Assembly: GCA_963785725.1 (NCBI GenBank)
Contig: CAWAWS010000035.1
Span: 32,001-96,000 of the forward strand
Length of the DNA: 64,000 bases
Reading direction: 5' to 3'
DNA from: an uncultured delta proteobacterium
GTDB taxonomy: Bacteria > Myxococcota_A > Polyangia > Palsa-1104
Shown: piece by piece, positions 33,712 through 43,377 of the stretch
Position numbering within the stretch: position 1 is the first letter of the stretch
How the letters are laid out: each line of letters starts with the position of its first letter
Made by a program: the position numbers and the translations under genes
Notes under the pieces: model-generated
Databases searched by the model: none
The model's input: only the letters and a program-made list of their open reading frames with translations
Told to the model about the DNA's origin: nothing

Positions 33712-35934
33712 ATGTCCGAGCTCCGCGACGCCGCGCTCCCCTATCCGTCGACGCGCGAGCACCTGCTCGACGAGATCGCGCTCGTCCGTGCCCGCGCGCT
33801 GGCTTCGGTCGGCGGCGGCGCGCGCGAAGGCGACTTGCCGGCGCCCGAAGCGACGGTCGTCGCCGCGCGCACGGCCGTCTCCTTGGCGTCGGGCGTCGAC
33901 CTCAGGTTGCCGCGTCTCGAGGCGACCTTCGGGCTCTTGCCCGTCGAGCGGGCGGCGCTGATGGTGGCGGTCGCGGCCGAGTTCGATCCGCTGTTCCGCT
34001 CGATCTGTCGCGGCTTGCAGGGCGAGATGGCCGGGCCGTCGCTGCAAGTGGGAACGATCGTCGAGCTGGTGACGCATCAGCTGCACGAGGCGATCGACGC
34101 GGCGATGCTCTTTTTGCCCGACGGAAAGCTGCGTCAGAACGCGCTCATCTCCGTCGAAGATCCGCTCTACCCGCGCGACGTGCCGCTGCAGGCGCTGCGG
34201 GTCAAGATCGATCGCCGGCTCGGCCTCTTTCTGCTCGGCCAGCTGGCGACCTCGGCGCCGTCGTGGCTGCAGCCGCAGGTGCCGCGTCGCGTGTTGTCGT
34301 TGGCGCGCATTCCCGACGAGAGCAAGGCCGACATCCTCGCGCATTTGCGGGCCGCGCAGTCCGAAGGCGTGCGCACGATGGTCGAGCTGCAAGGCCTCGC
34401 CGGCGTCGGCCGCAAGTTCGTCGCCGAGGGGTTGTGCGCCGAGCTCGGCATTCCGCTCATCGTCGCCGATTGCGGCGCGATGCTGGGCGGCGATCGCGAG
34501 GTCTTGCCGGTGCGGCTGGCGGAAGTGCGCCGCGAAGCGCTGCTCGGCGGCGCCGCGCCCTATCTCGACCACTACGACGCGATCTTGAGCCGCGCGGATT
34601 CGCCGGCGCGCAGCGCGGGCGGCGGCGGCGGCGAGGAGTCGCGCGAGGTGCTGGCGTCGCCGACGCTGCGGCTGCCGCCGGAGCTGATCTCGTTCTTGCA
34701 GCAGTCGCCGCTGACGTTTCTCGGGATCGAAGAGCGCTACGAAAAGCTGGTCGAGGCGGGCGGCGCGATCGTGCGCATCGAGGTGCCGTTTCCGTCGCCG
34801 TCGCAGCGCGCGGCCATCTGGACGCAGACGTTCGAGCAGCTGCAGTCGGACATCGCCGACGACGTCGACTGGACCGAGATCGGCCGCAAGCTGGCGCTCG
34901 ACGCCGGACGCATTCAGACGGCGGCGCGCTCGGCCGTGGCCGCGGCGTCGTTGCGCGCGCGCGGCGAGCGGCCGCGCGTCGACCGCAGCGACCTCGTCAA
35001 CTCGGCGCGCCATCAGCTGCAGCATGATCTGAAGTCGCTGGCCGAGCGCGTCGACAAGACCTATCGCTGGGAAGATCTGGTCATCTCCGTCGACGGTTAC
35101 CACTCGCTGATCGAGATGATCAGCTACGCCAAGAACGCCGAGCGCGTCTACGACACCTGGGGCTTCGGCAACAAACACTCGGTCGCCGGCGGCATCTCCG
35201 CGCTCTTTTCCGGCCCGCCCGGCACCGGCAAGACGATGTGCGCCGGCGTCATCGCGCGCGAGCTCGACATGGAGCTCTTTCGCGTCGATCTGTCGCGCGT
35301 CGTATCGAAGTGGATCGGCGAGACCGAGAAGAACTTGGCGCGCGTGTTCGACGAGGCGCAGCGCTCCAACGCCGTCGTGCTCTTCGACGAGGCCGATTCG
35401 CTGTTCGCCAAGCGCACCGAGGTCAAGTCGTCGGTCGATCGCTATGCGAACTTGGAGGTCAACTTCCTCCTGCAGCGCATGGAGACGTTCAACGGCATCA
35501 CGGTCCTGACGACAAACTTCGAGGACACGATCGACTCCGCCTTCAAGCGCCGCTTGACGTTCCGCATTCGCTTCGAGAAGCCGGACGCCGAAGCGCGCGG
35601 CGCGCTGTGGGCCAAGATGTTCCCGCCGGCGGCGCAGCTGGCGCCCGACGTCGACTTCATGGAGCTCGGTCGCCGCTATGAGGTTTCGGGCGGAAACATT
35701 CGCAACGCGGCCATCCGCGCGGCCTTCTTGGCGGCCAACGAAGACCACCCGATCGACATGGATACGCTGACGCGGGCGACCTTGCGTGAGGCGCGCGAGA
35801 TGGGCGTGCTCATCGCCGAGCCGCAGACCGCCGACACGCCGGCCGCGAGCGACGGTCAGGAGGCCGAGCCGCAAGAGCCGCCGCAGCCGCCCGGCCCGCC
35901 GCCGCGTTTGGTCCCGATCACCCGTCGCCGCTAG
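33712..35934 (+). CDS. AAA+ ATPase with N-terminal winged-helix-like region and degenerate first AAA module (Afp15/Pvc15-like architecture)
   Basis: GPPGTGKT, VDLSRVVSKWIGETEKNL, LFDEADSLF, DRYANLEVNFLLQRME, SGGNIRN. Confidence 0.9.
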   Translation: MSELRDAALPYPSTREHLLDEIALVRARALASVGGGAREGDLPAPEATVVAARTAVSLASGVDLRLPRLEATFGLLPVERAALMVAVAAEFDPLFRSICRGLQGEMAGPSLQVGTIVELVTHQLHEAIDAAMLFLPDGKLRQNALISVEDPLYPRDVPLQALRVKIDRRLGLFLLGQLATSAPSWLQPQVPRRVLSLARIPDESKADILAHLRAAQSEGVRTMVELQGLAGVGRKFVAEGLCAELGIPLIVADCGAMLGGDREVLPVRLAEVRREALLGGAAPYLDHYDAILSRADSPARSAGGGGGEESREVLASPTLRLPPELISFLQQSPLTFLGIEERYEKLVEAGGAIVRIEVPFPSPSQRAAIWTQTFEQLQSDIADDVDWTEIGRKLALDAGRIQTAARSAVAAASLRARGERPRVDRSDLVNSARHQLQHDLKSLAERVDKTYRWEDLVISVDGYHSLIEMISYAKNAERVYDTWGFGNKHSVAGGISALFSGPPGTGKTMCAGVIARELDMELFRVDLSRVVSKWIGETEKNLARVFDEAQRSNAVVLFDEADSLFAKRTEVKSSVDRYANLEVNFLLQRMETFNGITVLTTNFEDTIDSAFKRRLTFRIRFEKPDAEARGALWAKMFPPAAQLAPDVDFMELGRRYEVSGGNIRNAAIRAAFLAANEDHPIDMDTLTRATLREAREMGVLIAEPQTADTPAASDGQEAEPQEPPQPPGPPPRLVPITRRR

Positions 35935-35988
35935 GAGTTAGGCGAGCGCGGGAACTTTGGCCGCGGTCGGGCGTGATGTAGAGCGAGA

Positions 35989-36564
35989 ATGCCGGTCGAG
36001 CTCGACAGCGCAACCATCGCTCAAAGCCGGCGCGGCGACGCGGCGGCGTTTCGGCGGCTCGTCGAGCATTACCAAGACCGCGTGTTCGCGTTGTGCACGG
36101 CGCTGGCGGGCGCCGACGCCGAAGACGTCGCGCAGGAGACGTTCGTGCGCGTGCACGCGGCGCTGCCGAGCTTCGACGTCGGGCGCGACGAGAAGCTGTC
36201 GTCGTGGCTGCTGACGATCGCGCGCCGCTTGTGTGCGGATCGCGCGCGAAACTTCAAGCGGCAGCAGGCGCTGCGGCTGCGCATCGTGCCCAACGAGCCG
36301 CGACCGGGCGCCGACGACGCGCTCGACGACGTGCGCAAAAAGGCGACGCTGCGCGCGGCCGTCGCGGCGCTGCCGGAAGAGCAGCGCGCCGTCGTGGCGT
36401 TGCGCGCCTGGGACGAGCTGGAATACGAGGCGATCGCGGCGGTCGAAGGCGTGCCCGTCGGCACCGTGCGGTCGCGATTGGCGCGGGCCAAACAGGCGCT
36501 GAGGCGCGCGCTGGGCCTCGATGACGAGGATGACGAGGAGCGACATGGATCCGTCGACGCCTGA
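35989..36564 (+). CDS. ECF RNA polymerase sigma factor
   Basis: GDAAAFRRLVEHYQ, AEDVAQETF, SSWLLTIA, YEAIA...GTVRSRLARA. Confidence 0.95.
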   Translation: MPVELDSATIAQSRRGDAAAFRRLVEHYQDRVFALCTALAGADAEDVAQETFVRVHAALPSFDVGRDEKLSSWLLTIARRLCADRARNFKRQQALRLRIVPNEPRPGADDALDDVRKKATLRAAVAALPEEQRAVVALRAWDELEYEAIAAVEGVPVGTVRSRLARAKQALRRALGLDDEDDEERHGSVDA

Positions 36565-37715
36565 CTCCGATCGCGACGACCGCGTCGATGCGCTGTTGCG
36601 CCAGGCGACACCGCGCGCGCCGCGTGGGTTTGCCGACGGCGTCATGCGCCGCATCGAGCGCGACCGCGCGCGGCGTCGTCGCGGTCGTGCCTGGTCGCTC
36701 GGCGTCGGTGCGCTCGTCGCCGTCGCCGCGGCGGTCGTCTTGTGGCTCGTGCGTCCGCCGGTCAATGCGCGCCTCGTGCCGAGCGGCTGGAGCGTCGTCG
36801 CGCAGGCGGGGTTGACGATGACCGCGCCCGACGGCCGGCCGGCGCGCGAGCCCGACGTCGGCGTGCAGCTCGCCGTCGCGCACGGCGGCTCGGCGACGCT
36901 GGAGCGCGCGCTCGCTCGCGTCACACTGACGGAAGATTCGGAGTTACGCGTCGCCGACGGTGGCGCGCTGCAGTTGTCGACCGGAGGCGCGCGGCTCGAG
37001 GGCCCCGAGACGCGCATCGACGGTGACGTGGCGACGGTGGCCGCGCTCGGAGTGAGCGCCGACATCGCCGTCAGGCTCGAACGGAGGACGAACATGAACG
37101 CGAGCACGAAGCTGACGAAGACGACGCTGGCGACGCTGGCGACGGTCATGACGGTGGCGGCCCACGGCGGCGGCGCGTTGGTGCAGGCGCGCGAGCACGC
37201 GCCGGTGCTGCTGGCCGAGAACGACCGCGTGCTGGTGATGGGCGCGCTGCCGCCGCTGGTGACGCGCGCGCCGGCGCTGCTGGCCAAGGCCGACAGCACC
37301 GCCGCGAAGCCGGCGGCGACGAAGCCCACGACGCAGCCGGCGACCAAGAATGCGGCCGACCAGGCCGACTCGCAGCCGCCGCTCACGGAGGACAATCGCG
37401 ACAAGATCCGCAAGGTCGTGCGAGTGGCGCTGCCCGACATCAAGAGCTGCTACGAGGCCGCGCTGAGCAAGAACCCGAAACTGGGCGGCAAAATCCGCGT
37501 GAAGATGACGCTGGTCAACCACGGCGACAAGTCGCTCGTCGACGAGGCCGAGGTGATGCCGATGGATGAGGGCGATCTCGGTGGCGCCGCTGGTCGAGCA
37601 GTGCGTCGTCGGCGTCGTGGCCAAGCTCGAGTTCCCGGCGCTGCCGAGCGACGACGGCAAGACGGTCGTCGAGTACCCGTTCGTCTTCGCCACCGGCGAC
37701 GACGGCAAGAAGTAG
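36545..37715 (+). CDS. Anti-sigma-like TM protein with FecR-like region and C-terminal AgmX/PglI (TonB-C-like) domain, frameshift near 37585
   Basis: Follows the ECF gene; TM segment; IKSCYEAALSKNPKLGGKIRVKMTL, then in the shifted frame VEQCVVGVVAKLEFP...VEYPFVF stop 37715. Confidence 0.7.
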
Positions 37716-37747
37716 CGCCGCCGGTCAGCGCTGCGCGCGCCGATTTC

Positions 37748-39565
37748 TCAGCGCGCGCCCGTGCCCGAGTGCTCGCCGCCGTAGCGACGGTCGAGATCCT
37801 CGAGCAGCGCCAGGTTGTGCTTGGCGTCGACGTGCTGCGGCTGCCGCTTCAGCGCCTCCTCGAACATCACCTTCGCTTCGTCGAGCCGGCCTTGGCGCAG
37901 CAAGATCACACCCGCCAGATAGCGAATCTCGGCGTCGGCCGGATCCAAATCGCCGGCGATCTTCAGCTCGTCGAGCGCCTTGTCGCGCTCCTTCCTCGCC
38001 GACAACAAGAGCGCGTAATTGTAGTGGCCCTTCGGCCGCGTCGGCGACTTGGCGACGGCGCGCGACAGATACCACGTCGCCTTCGACAGATCGCCGCGGC
38101 GATAGGCGATGGCGCCCAAGTTGGTCCACGCCTCGCCCAAGTAGCGCTTGAACTGCTGCGCGTCCTGGAAGACCTGCTCGGCCTTGGTGTCGTTGCCGGC
38201 CTCTTCGTAGACGGCGCCGAGCAAGAAATAGGGCCGCGGATCGGCCGGCGAAAGCTTCAGCACCTTTTGATAGGCCGCGATCGCCTTGTCCGGCTCTTTG
38301 GCCCGTCGATAACAGTCGCCGGCGAACTTGAGCGCGTTGACGTTGCGCGGGTCCTTCTTCAAGACCTCTTCGTAGGCGCCGATGGCCCGCGTCGTGTCGC
38401 CCATGCGCTGATAGGCCGAGCCCAGATCGAGCCGCACGTCGACGTCTTCGGGCGCCAGCTGCGTCACCAGCTCCAGCTCCGCCGCCAAGTCGTTGGTCTG
38501 CCCTTTGGCCGCATAAATCAGCGCCAGCGTGCGGCGCGCCTGCAGATTGCGCGGCGCGATGGCGACCACGCGCTCGAGCTCGGTCAACGCGCCGTCGAGA
38601 TCGGCCGACTCCCACAAGATCTCGCCCAGCATCTCGCGCATCTCGACGTCGTCGGGCCGCGCCTCGAGCGCCTTCTCGATGAGCTCCTGCGCCCGCGTGC
38701 GGTTACCTTCGACACGGTAGAGCCGCGCCAGACCGGCCATCGCCGCGTAGTAGCCGGGCTTGAGATCGAGCGCGTAGGAGTACTGACCTTGCGCCTTCTC
38801 GCGTAGACCTTGCTCCAAGTAGACGACGCCGAGCATGCGATGCGCCTCGGCCATCTTGGGATCGATGAGGTTGACCTTCTTGAGCAGCGTCGCCGCCTTC
38901 ACCAGATCGCGCGGCACGCCGAAGCCGAAATAGAGGTTCAGCGCGCGACCGTAGAGCGTGAGCGCGTAGAGATCCTTGGTCGGACGGCGCTTGAGCGCCG
39001 CCGCCGTGTCGGCGTCCGGGGTCCAATTGGCCTTGGCCAGCACCGCGAACAAGTTGTCGTCGAGCAGCTTCAAGACCTGCTCGCGCTCGCCGATCGACGA
39101 CGACTCGGCCACGACGCGCAGCGTCGCGTTGGGCACTTCGTTCGACGGCTCGACGACGGTGAACAGCTTGACCGTCACCTCCGCCTTCCAGTTCGGCCGC
39201 GAAAAGCTGCCGGCGAAGACCCATTTCGCACCCAGATCATGCGCTCGACGCGCGATCTTCTCGGGATCGAAGCCGTAATCGAGCCCATCGAGCACGGCGG
39301 CGTCGTAGGCCGGGCGCAGCGTCGCGAACGCCTCGAGCTTCTCGCCCATCGTCACCGCCAGCGCCGACGACTGCCAGTCGAGCGCCTTGACCGGCGATTT
39401 GTTCTCGAACGGGACGACCATATATCCGGCAATCGCCGTAGCTGGCGTGATAGCCGGCGCGAGCGCCGCGTCATCGGCGAAGGCGACCCGACCGCTCGCG
39501 ACGAAAACTGCGAATAGTGGCGCGCAGGCAATCATCAATTTGACAGCACGAGACAGGCGAATCAC
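37748..39565 (-). CDS. Exported TPR-repeat protein with TolB-N-like domain
   Basis: VVPFEN motif followed by about 10 TPRs; start uncertain (39565 or 39535). Confidence 0.88.
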   Translation of the reverse strand: MIRLSRAVKLMIACAPLFAVFVASGRVAFADDAALAPAITPATAIAGYMVVPFENKSPVKALDWQSSALAVTMGEKLEAFATLRPAYDAAVLDGLDYGFDPEKIARRAHDLGAKWVFAGSFSRPNWKAEVTVKLFTVVEPSNEVPNATLRVVAESSSIGEREQVLKLLDDNLFAVLAKANWTPDADTAAALKRRPTKDLYALTLYGRALNLYFGFGVPRDLVKAATLLKKVNLIDPKMAEAHRMLGVVYLEQGLREKAQGQYSYALDLKPGYYAAMAGLARLYRVEGNRTRAQELIEKALEARPDDVEMREMLGEILWESADLDGALTELERVVAIAPRNLQARRTLALIYAAKGQTNDLAAELELVTQLAPEDVDVRLDLGSAYQRMGDTTRAIGAYEEVLKKDPRNVNALKFAGDCYRRAKEPDKAIAAYQKVLKLSPADPRPYFLLGAVYEEAGNDTKAEQVFQDAQQFKRYLGEAWTNLGAIAYRRGDLSKATWYLSRAVAKSPTRPKGHYNYALLLSARKERDKALDELKIAGDLDPADAEIRYLAGVILLRQGRLDEAKVMFEEALKRQPQHVDAKHNLALLEDLDRRYGGEHSGTGAR

Positions 39566-39574
39566 CCTGTCATT

Positions 39575-41998
39575 GTGTCAAGCCCCGACGAAACCGGCAA
39601 GTCGAAGGAGGCCGATTCGACGGGAAAGCGACCGCGGCTCCGCCGTCGCAAGCGCTTCTCGTTCATCCGCTTCTTCATCCTCCTGTTTCTTGGCGTCGGC
39701 GCGTTCGGCGCCGGCCTCGGTTACTGGGGATACAAACAGTTCGAGAAAGATCTCCCCGACCGCTGGAGCGCGCTCACCGACTACAAGCCGTCGCGTGCCA
39801 GTCGCGTCTTTTCGGCCGAAGGCGAGCTGATCGGCGAGTTCTTCCTGCAAAAGCGCATCGTCCTGCCGTACGAGCAGATCCCGCGGCACGTGATGCTGTC
39901 GTTCGTCGCCGCCGAGGACAACCGCTTCTTCGAGCACCACGGCATCGATCCGCTGGGCATCATTCGCGCCGGCGCCGCCAACATGAAGGCCGGGCGCGTC
40001 GTGCAAGGCGGCTCGACCATCACGCAGCAGGTCGCCAAGCTCATGCTCGTCGGCAACGAGCGCAACGTCTTCCGCAAGATTCGCGAGGCCATCCTCGCGC
40101 ACAAGATCGAGACGCGGCTCAAGAAGGAGCAGATCCTCGCCATCTACGCCAACCACGTCTACTTGGGCCACGGCGCCTACGGCGTACAGGCGGCGGCCGA
40201 GATCTACTTCGGCAAGGACGCCAAGGATCTCACCATCGCCGAGGCGGCCATGCTCGGCGGTCTGCCGAAGGCGCCGACGGAGGACTCGCCGTTCTCGCAG
40301 TTCAAGCGCGCCCGCGATCGCCAGCGTTACGTGCTCGGCCAGATGCTCGACAACAAGTTCATCAACGATCAGCAATATCGCGAGGCGCTGCAGGAGACGA
40401 TCGCCATCATCTCGAAGGACGTGCCGCTCAACCACTTGGCGGCGCCCTACTTCGTCGAGCACATCCGCAAGATCGTGCAGGCCAAGTATGCCGGTCGCGA
40501 CCTGTACGATCGCGGCCTCAAGATCTACACGACGCTCGACATGCGCCAGCAGCGCGCCGCCGAGCTGGCCGTGCGCAACGGGCTCGACGCCATCGACCAT
40601 CGCTACAGCTTTCGCGGGCCGGTGGCGCACCTGGACGACGCGCAGCTGCAGCCGTTCCTCGACGGCATGCCGCAGCCGTTCAGCGGCGTGAAGCAGGACG
40701 TGGCGGCGGCGGCCGGCGTGCTCGTGCCCGGCAAGGCCTATCTGGCGTCGTTCGAAAAGGGCAGCAAGAAGTCGTACGCGCACATCGGCGCGCTGCGCGT
40801 GTTGATGGACGACTATGACTCGGCGCGCATCCTGCGTTGGGCCGACAAGCGCGGCAACAAGCTCTCGCCCGGCGATCTCATCCCCGTGCGCGTGGCCAAG
40901 GTCGAGACGCACAAAGGCTCCGGCAAGAAAGCGTTCACCGAGATCGTCGAGCAGGCGCAGCTGGCGCAAAAGCCGGAGATGCAGTCGGCGCTCATCGCCG
41001 TCGATCCGGCGAACGGCCACTTGACGGCGATGGTCGGCGGCTACGACTACGACACCTCGCAGTTCAACCGCGCGACGCAGGCGCGACGCCAGGCGGGCTC
41101 GTCGATCAAGCCGTACATCTACTCGGCGGCGCTCGACAACGGCTACACCGAGATGAGCATCGTGCCCGACGCGCCGGTGTCGATCAAGACGGCGGCCGGC
41201 TGGTGGTCGCCGCACAACTACAAGCCGACGTATTTGGGCCCGGTGACGCTGCGGACGGCGCTGCAGCACTCCTTGAACACGGTGTCGGTGCGCCTCGTGG
41301 CGGCGCTCGGCGTCGACAAGGTGATCGAGCAGATCCGCAAGTTCGGCATCACGGCGCAGATCGTGCGCCACCCGTCGATCGCGCTCGGCACGCCCGAGGT
41401 GACGCTGCTCGAGCACGTCTACGGCTACGCGACCTTCCCGGCCATGGGCATGGAGGTCAAGCCGGTCATGATCACGAAGATCGTCGACGCCGACGGAAAT
41501 ATCGTCGAGCAGTACGAGCCCGAGCCGCCGCGCCGGCGCATCTCGGCCGGCACCGCCTACGTCATGGTCGACATGATGAAGAACGTCGTCGAAAAGGGCA
41601 CCGGCCAGAAAGCCAAGGAGCTCGGCCGTCCCGCCGGCGGCAAGACCGGCACGTCCAACGACTTCAAAGACAACTGGTTCATGGCCTACACGCGCGACTT
41701 GGTGTGCGGCGTCTGGGTCGGCCGCGACGACTTCAAGAGCATCGGCAACGATGCGACGGGCGGCACGACGGCGGCGCCGATCTGGACCGAGTTCATGAAG
41801 GCCGGCCATCCCGACACGCCGGTGCGCGACTTCGACGCGCCCGACGGCGTCTACTTCGCGCGCGCCACACCCGAGCGCGGCGCGCCGGCCAGGCCGGGCA
41901 CGCCGGGATCGATCATGGTGCCGTTCAAGCGCGGCACGCTGCCGCCGCAATTCGCGCGCTCCGAAGGCAAAGCGCAACTAACCGATCAATTGTTCTGA
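39575..41998 (+). CDS. mrcA: Class A penicillin-binding protein 1A
   Basis: AAEDNRFFEHHGID, QGGSTITQQ, RKIREA; transpeptidase SSIK, SLN and KTG motifs. Confidence 0.95.
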   Translation: MSSPDETGKSKEADSTGKRPRLRRRKRFSFIRFFILLFLGVGAFGAGLGYWGYKQFEKDLPDRWSALTDYKPSRASRVFSAEGELIGEFFLQKRIVLPYEQIPRHVMLSFVAAEDNRFFEHHGIDPLGIIRAGAANMKAGRVVQGGSTITQQVAKLMLVGNERNVFRKIREAILAHKIETRLKKEQILAIYANHVYLGHGAYGVQAAAEIYFGKDAKDLTIAEAAMLGGLPKAPTEDSPFSQFKRARDRQRYVLGQMLDNKFINDQQYREALQETIAIISKDVPLNHLAAPYFVEHIRKIVQAKYAGRDLYDRGLKIYTTLDMRQQRAAELAVRNGLDAIDHRYSFRGPVAHLDDAQLQPFLDGMPQPFSGVKQDVAAAAGVLVPGKAYLASFEKGSKKSYAHIGALRVLMDDYDSARILRWADKRGNKLSPGDLIPVRVAKVETHKGSGKKAFTEIVEQAQLAQKPEMQSALIAVDPANGHLTAMVGGYDYDTSQFNRATQARRQAGSSIKPYIYSAALDNGYTEMSIVPDAPVSIKTAAGWWSPHNYKPTYLGPVTLRTALQHSLNTVSVRLVAALGVDKVIEQIRKFGITAQIVRHPSIALGTPEVTLLEHVYGYATFPAMGMEVKPVMITKIVDADGNIVEQYEPEPPRRRISAGTAYVMVDMMKNVVEKGTGQKAKELGRPAGGKTGTSNDFKDNWFMAYTRDLVCGVWVGRDDFKSIGNDATGGTTAAPIWTEFMKAGHPDTPVRDFDAPDGVYFARATPERGAPARPGTPGSIMVPFKRGTLPPQFARSEGKAQLTDQLF

Positions 41999-42019
41999 GT
42001 TGGCGTTAAGCTTTACGCC

Positions 42020-42985
42020 ATGGCGTGGCCTCCGTATCAGCTGATGGAGCGCGACTACCTGGCAGAAGCGCAGGAAAAGTACGCGCGTCTCGAGCGGCTC
42101 TATCACGTCGCGCAGAAGAACGCCTGGGACGGCAAGCAGCTGCTCGGCGACCTCCTGAAGAAGCACGGCGGAATCCAGCTGCCGCAGGCGAAGAGGCAGG
42201 CGCTCGGCGAGATCTTCTCGACGCTCTTGTGGGGCGAGCTGGCGGCCTGGTCGATCAGCGCCGACTTGGCGCTGCAGCTCGAGGACACCGAAGCCAAGAT
42301 GGCGGCGACGTCGCAGGTGTTCGACGAGGCGCGCCACTTCTACGTGATGCGCGACTACCTGCTGGCGCTCGATCTGCCGGGCGGGCTGCCCAAGCTCGAC
42401 GGCTACACGCACACGATCTTGACCGAGCTCTTGGCGACCACGCGGCTCGTCGACAAGCTGCTCGGCATGCAGCTCATCGTCGAGTCGATCGCGGTGACGC
42501 TGTTTCGCTCGGTGGCGCAAGCGGGCGTCGAGCCGGTGTTGTCGGAGCTGATGCCCTACTTCGAGCGCGACGAAGCGCGTCACGTCGGGCTCGGCGTGCT
42601 CTACCTGCCGAAGCTGCTCGCCGAGTTGGGACCGCTCGAAGCGGCGCGGCTCAAGCTGCAGCAGCTGAAGCTGGTAACGCTCGTAGCCTTCGGCACGCAC
42701 CTGAAGACGGCGCACTTCGCGACGCTGGGCATCGACAACAACGACGGCTTTCGCCGCGGCCTCAAGCTCAACCGCGAGGTGATGATGGGCATGCGGTCGC
42801 CCGCCGGCCAAGATCCGCCCGGCGTGTTCGTCGGCGATCCGCGCTTCGACGTCGTCAACGACTGGGCCATCGATCTCTACTTTCCGCGCCTCGGCTCCGA
42901 TCCGCCGGTCTGGCAGCGCGCGGTCATCGGCGTCATGGACGGGCTGAGCCGGATGGGCGATCGCGCGCTCAAGTGGGCGTCATGA
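42020..42985 (+). CDS. Ferritin-like di-iron protein (AurF-like fold)
   Basis: WGELAA...DEARH and VESIA...DEARH di-iron ligand pattern. Confidence 0.8.
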   Translation: MAWPPYQLMERDYLAEAQEKYARLERLYHVAQKNAWDGKQLLGDLLKKHGGIQLPQAKRQALGEIFSTLLWGELAAWSISADLALQLEDTEAKMAATSQVFDEARHFYVMRDYLLALDLPGGLPKLDGYTHTILTELLATTRLVDKLLGMQLIVESIAVTLFRSVAQAGVEPVLSELMPYFERDEARHVGLGVLYLPKLLAELGPLEAARLKLQQLKLVTLVAFGTHLKTAHFATLGIDNNDGFRRGLKLNREVMMGMRSPAGQDPPGVFVGDPRFDVVNDWAIDLYFPRLGSDPPVWQRAVIGVMDGLSRMGDRALKWAS

Positions 42986-43143
42986 CGGCACCCGCCACCT
43001 CGATGATCCGGCGCGCATACACGTCGCTCTTGACCGCGGGGCTGTTCCTGGTGCGTATGCTGCTGCTCGGCTTGATGGCGCTGTTGCAGCTGACGCTCGG
43101 CGGGGCCGAGATCCGCCCGGCCTCGCGTGAAGCCGCGAATTAG
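42982..43143 (+). CDS. Putative 53-aa membrane peptide
   Basis: ATGA overlap with the di-iron gene; long hydrophobic stretch LLTAGLFLVRMLLLGLMALLQLTL. Confidence 0.5.
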   Translation: MTAPATSMIRRAYTSLLTAGLFLVRMLLLGLMALLQLTLGGAEIRPASREAAN

Positions 43144-43377
43144 CGCCTCGCGCTTGCCTCGCTCGGTCGATTTTTTCAACGCTCCGCGCACTCGGGGCAC
43201 AAAACAGTGGCCAGCAGCGTCCATCATTGGGATGGAAGGTCAGGAGAGCACCCTGTAGCCCGCCAGCGACCATATCAATGTCCGGGTAGTTGATTGACAC
43301 AAGTACCCGATCCGCTAATATCATGCGCTAACATAAGTAGGCACAGCCAGCGACGAGCGACCCGTCGCGGAGGACAC

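Noticed and set aside
32512..35874. Very long antisense or alternative-frame ORFs (1120 aa here; also 39578-41977 and 48229-51342)
   Set aside because: Shadow ORFs expected in high-GC DNA opposite well-supported genes; Arg/Ala-rich with no motifs.
36521..38806. 761-aa ORF overlapping the convergent TPR gene
   Set aside because: Read-through caused by a frameshift near 37585; the real domain ends at TAG 37715.
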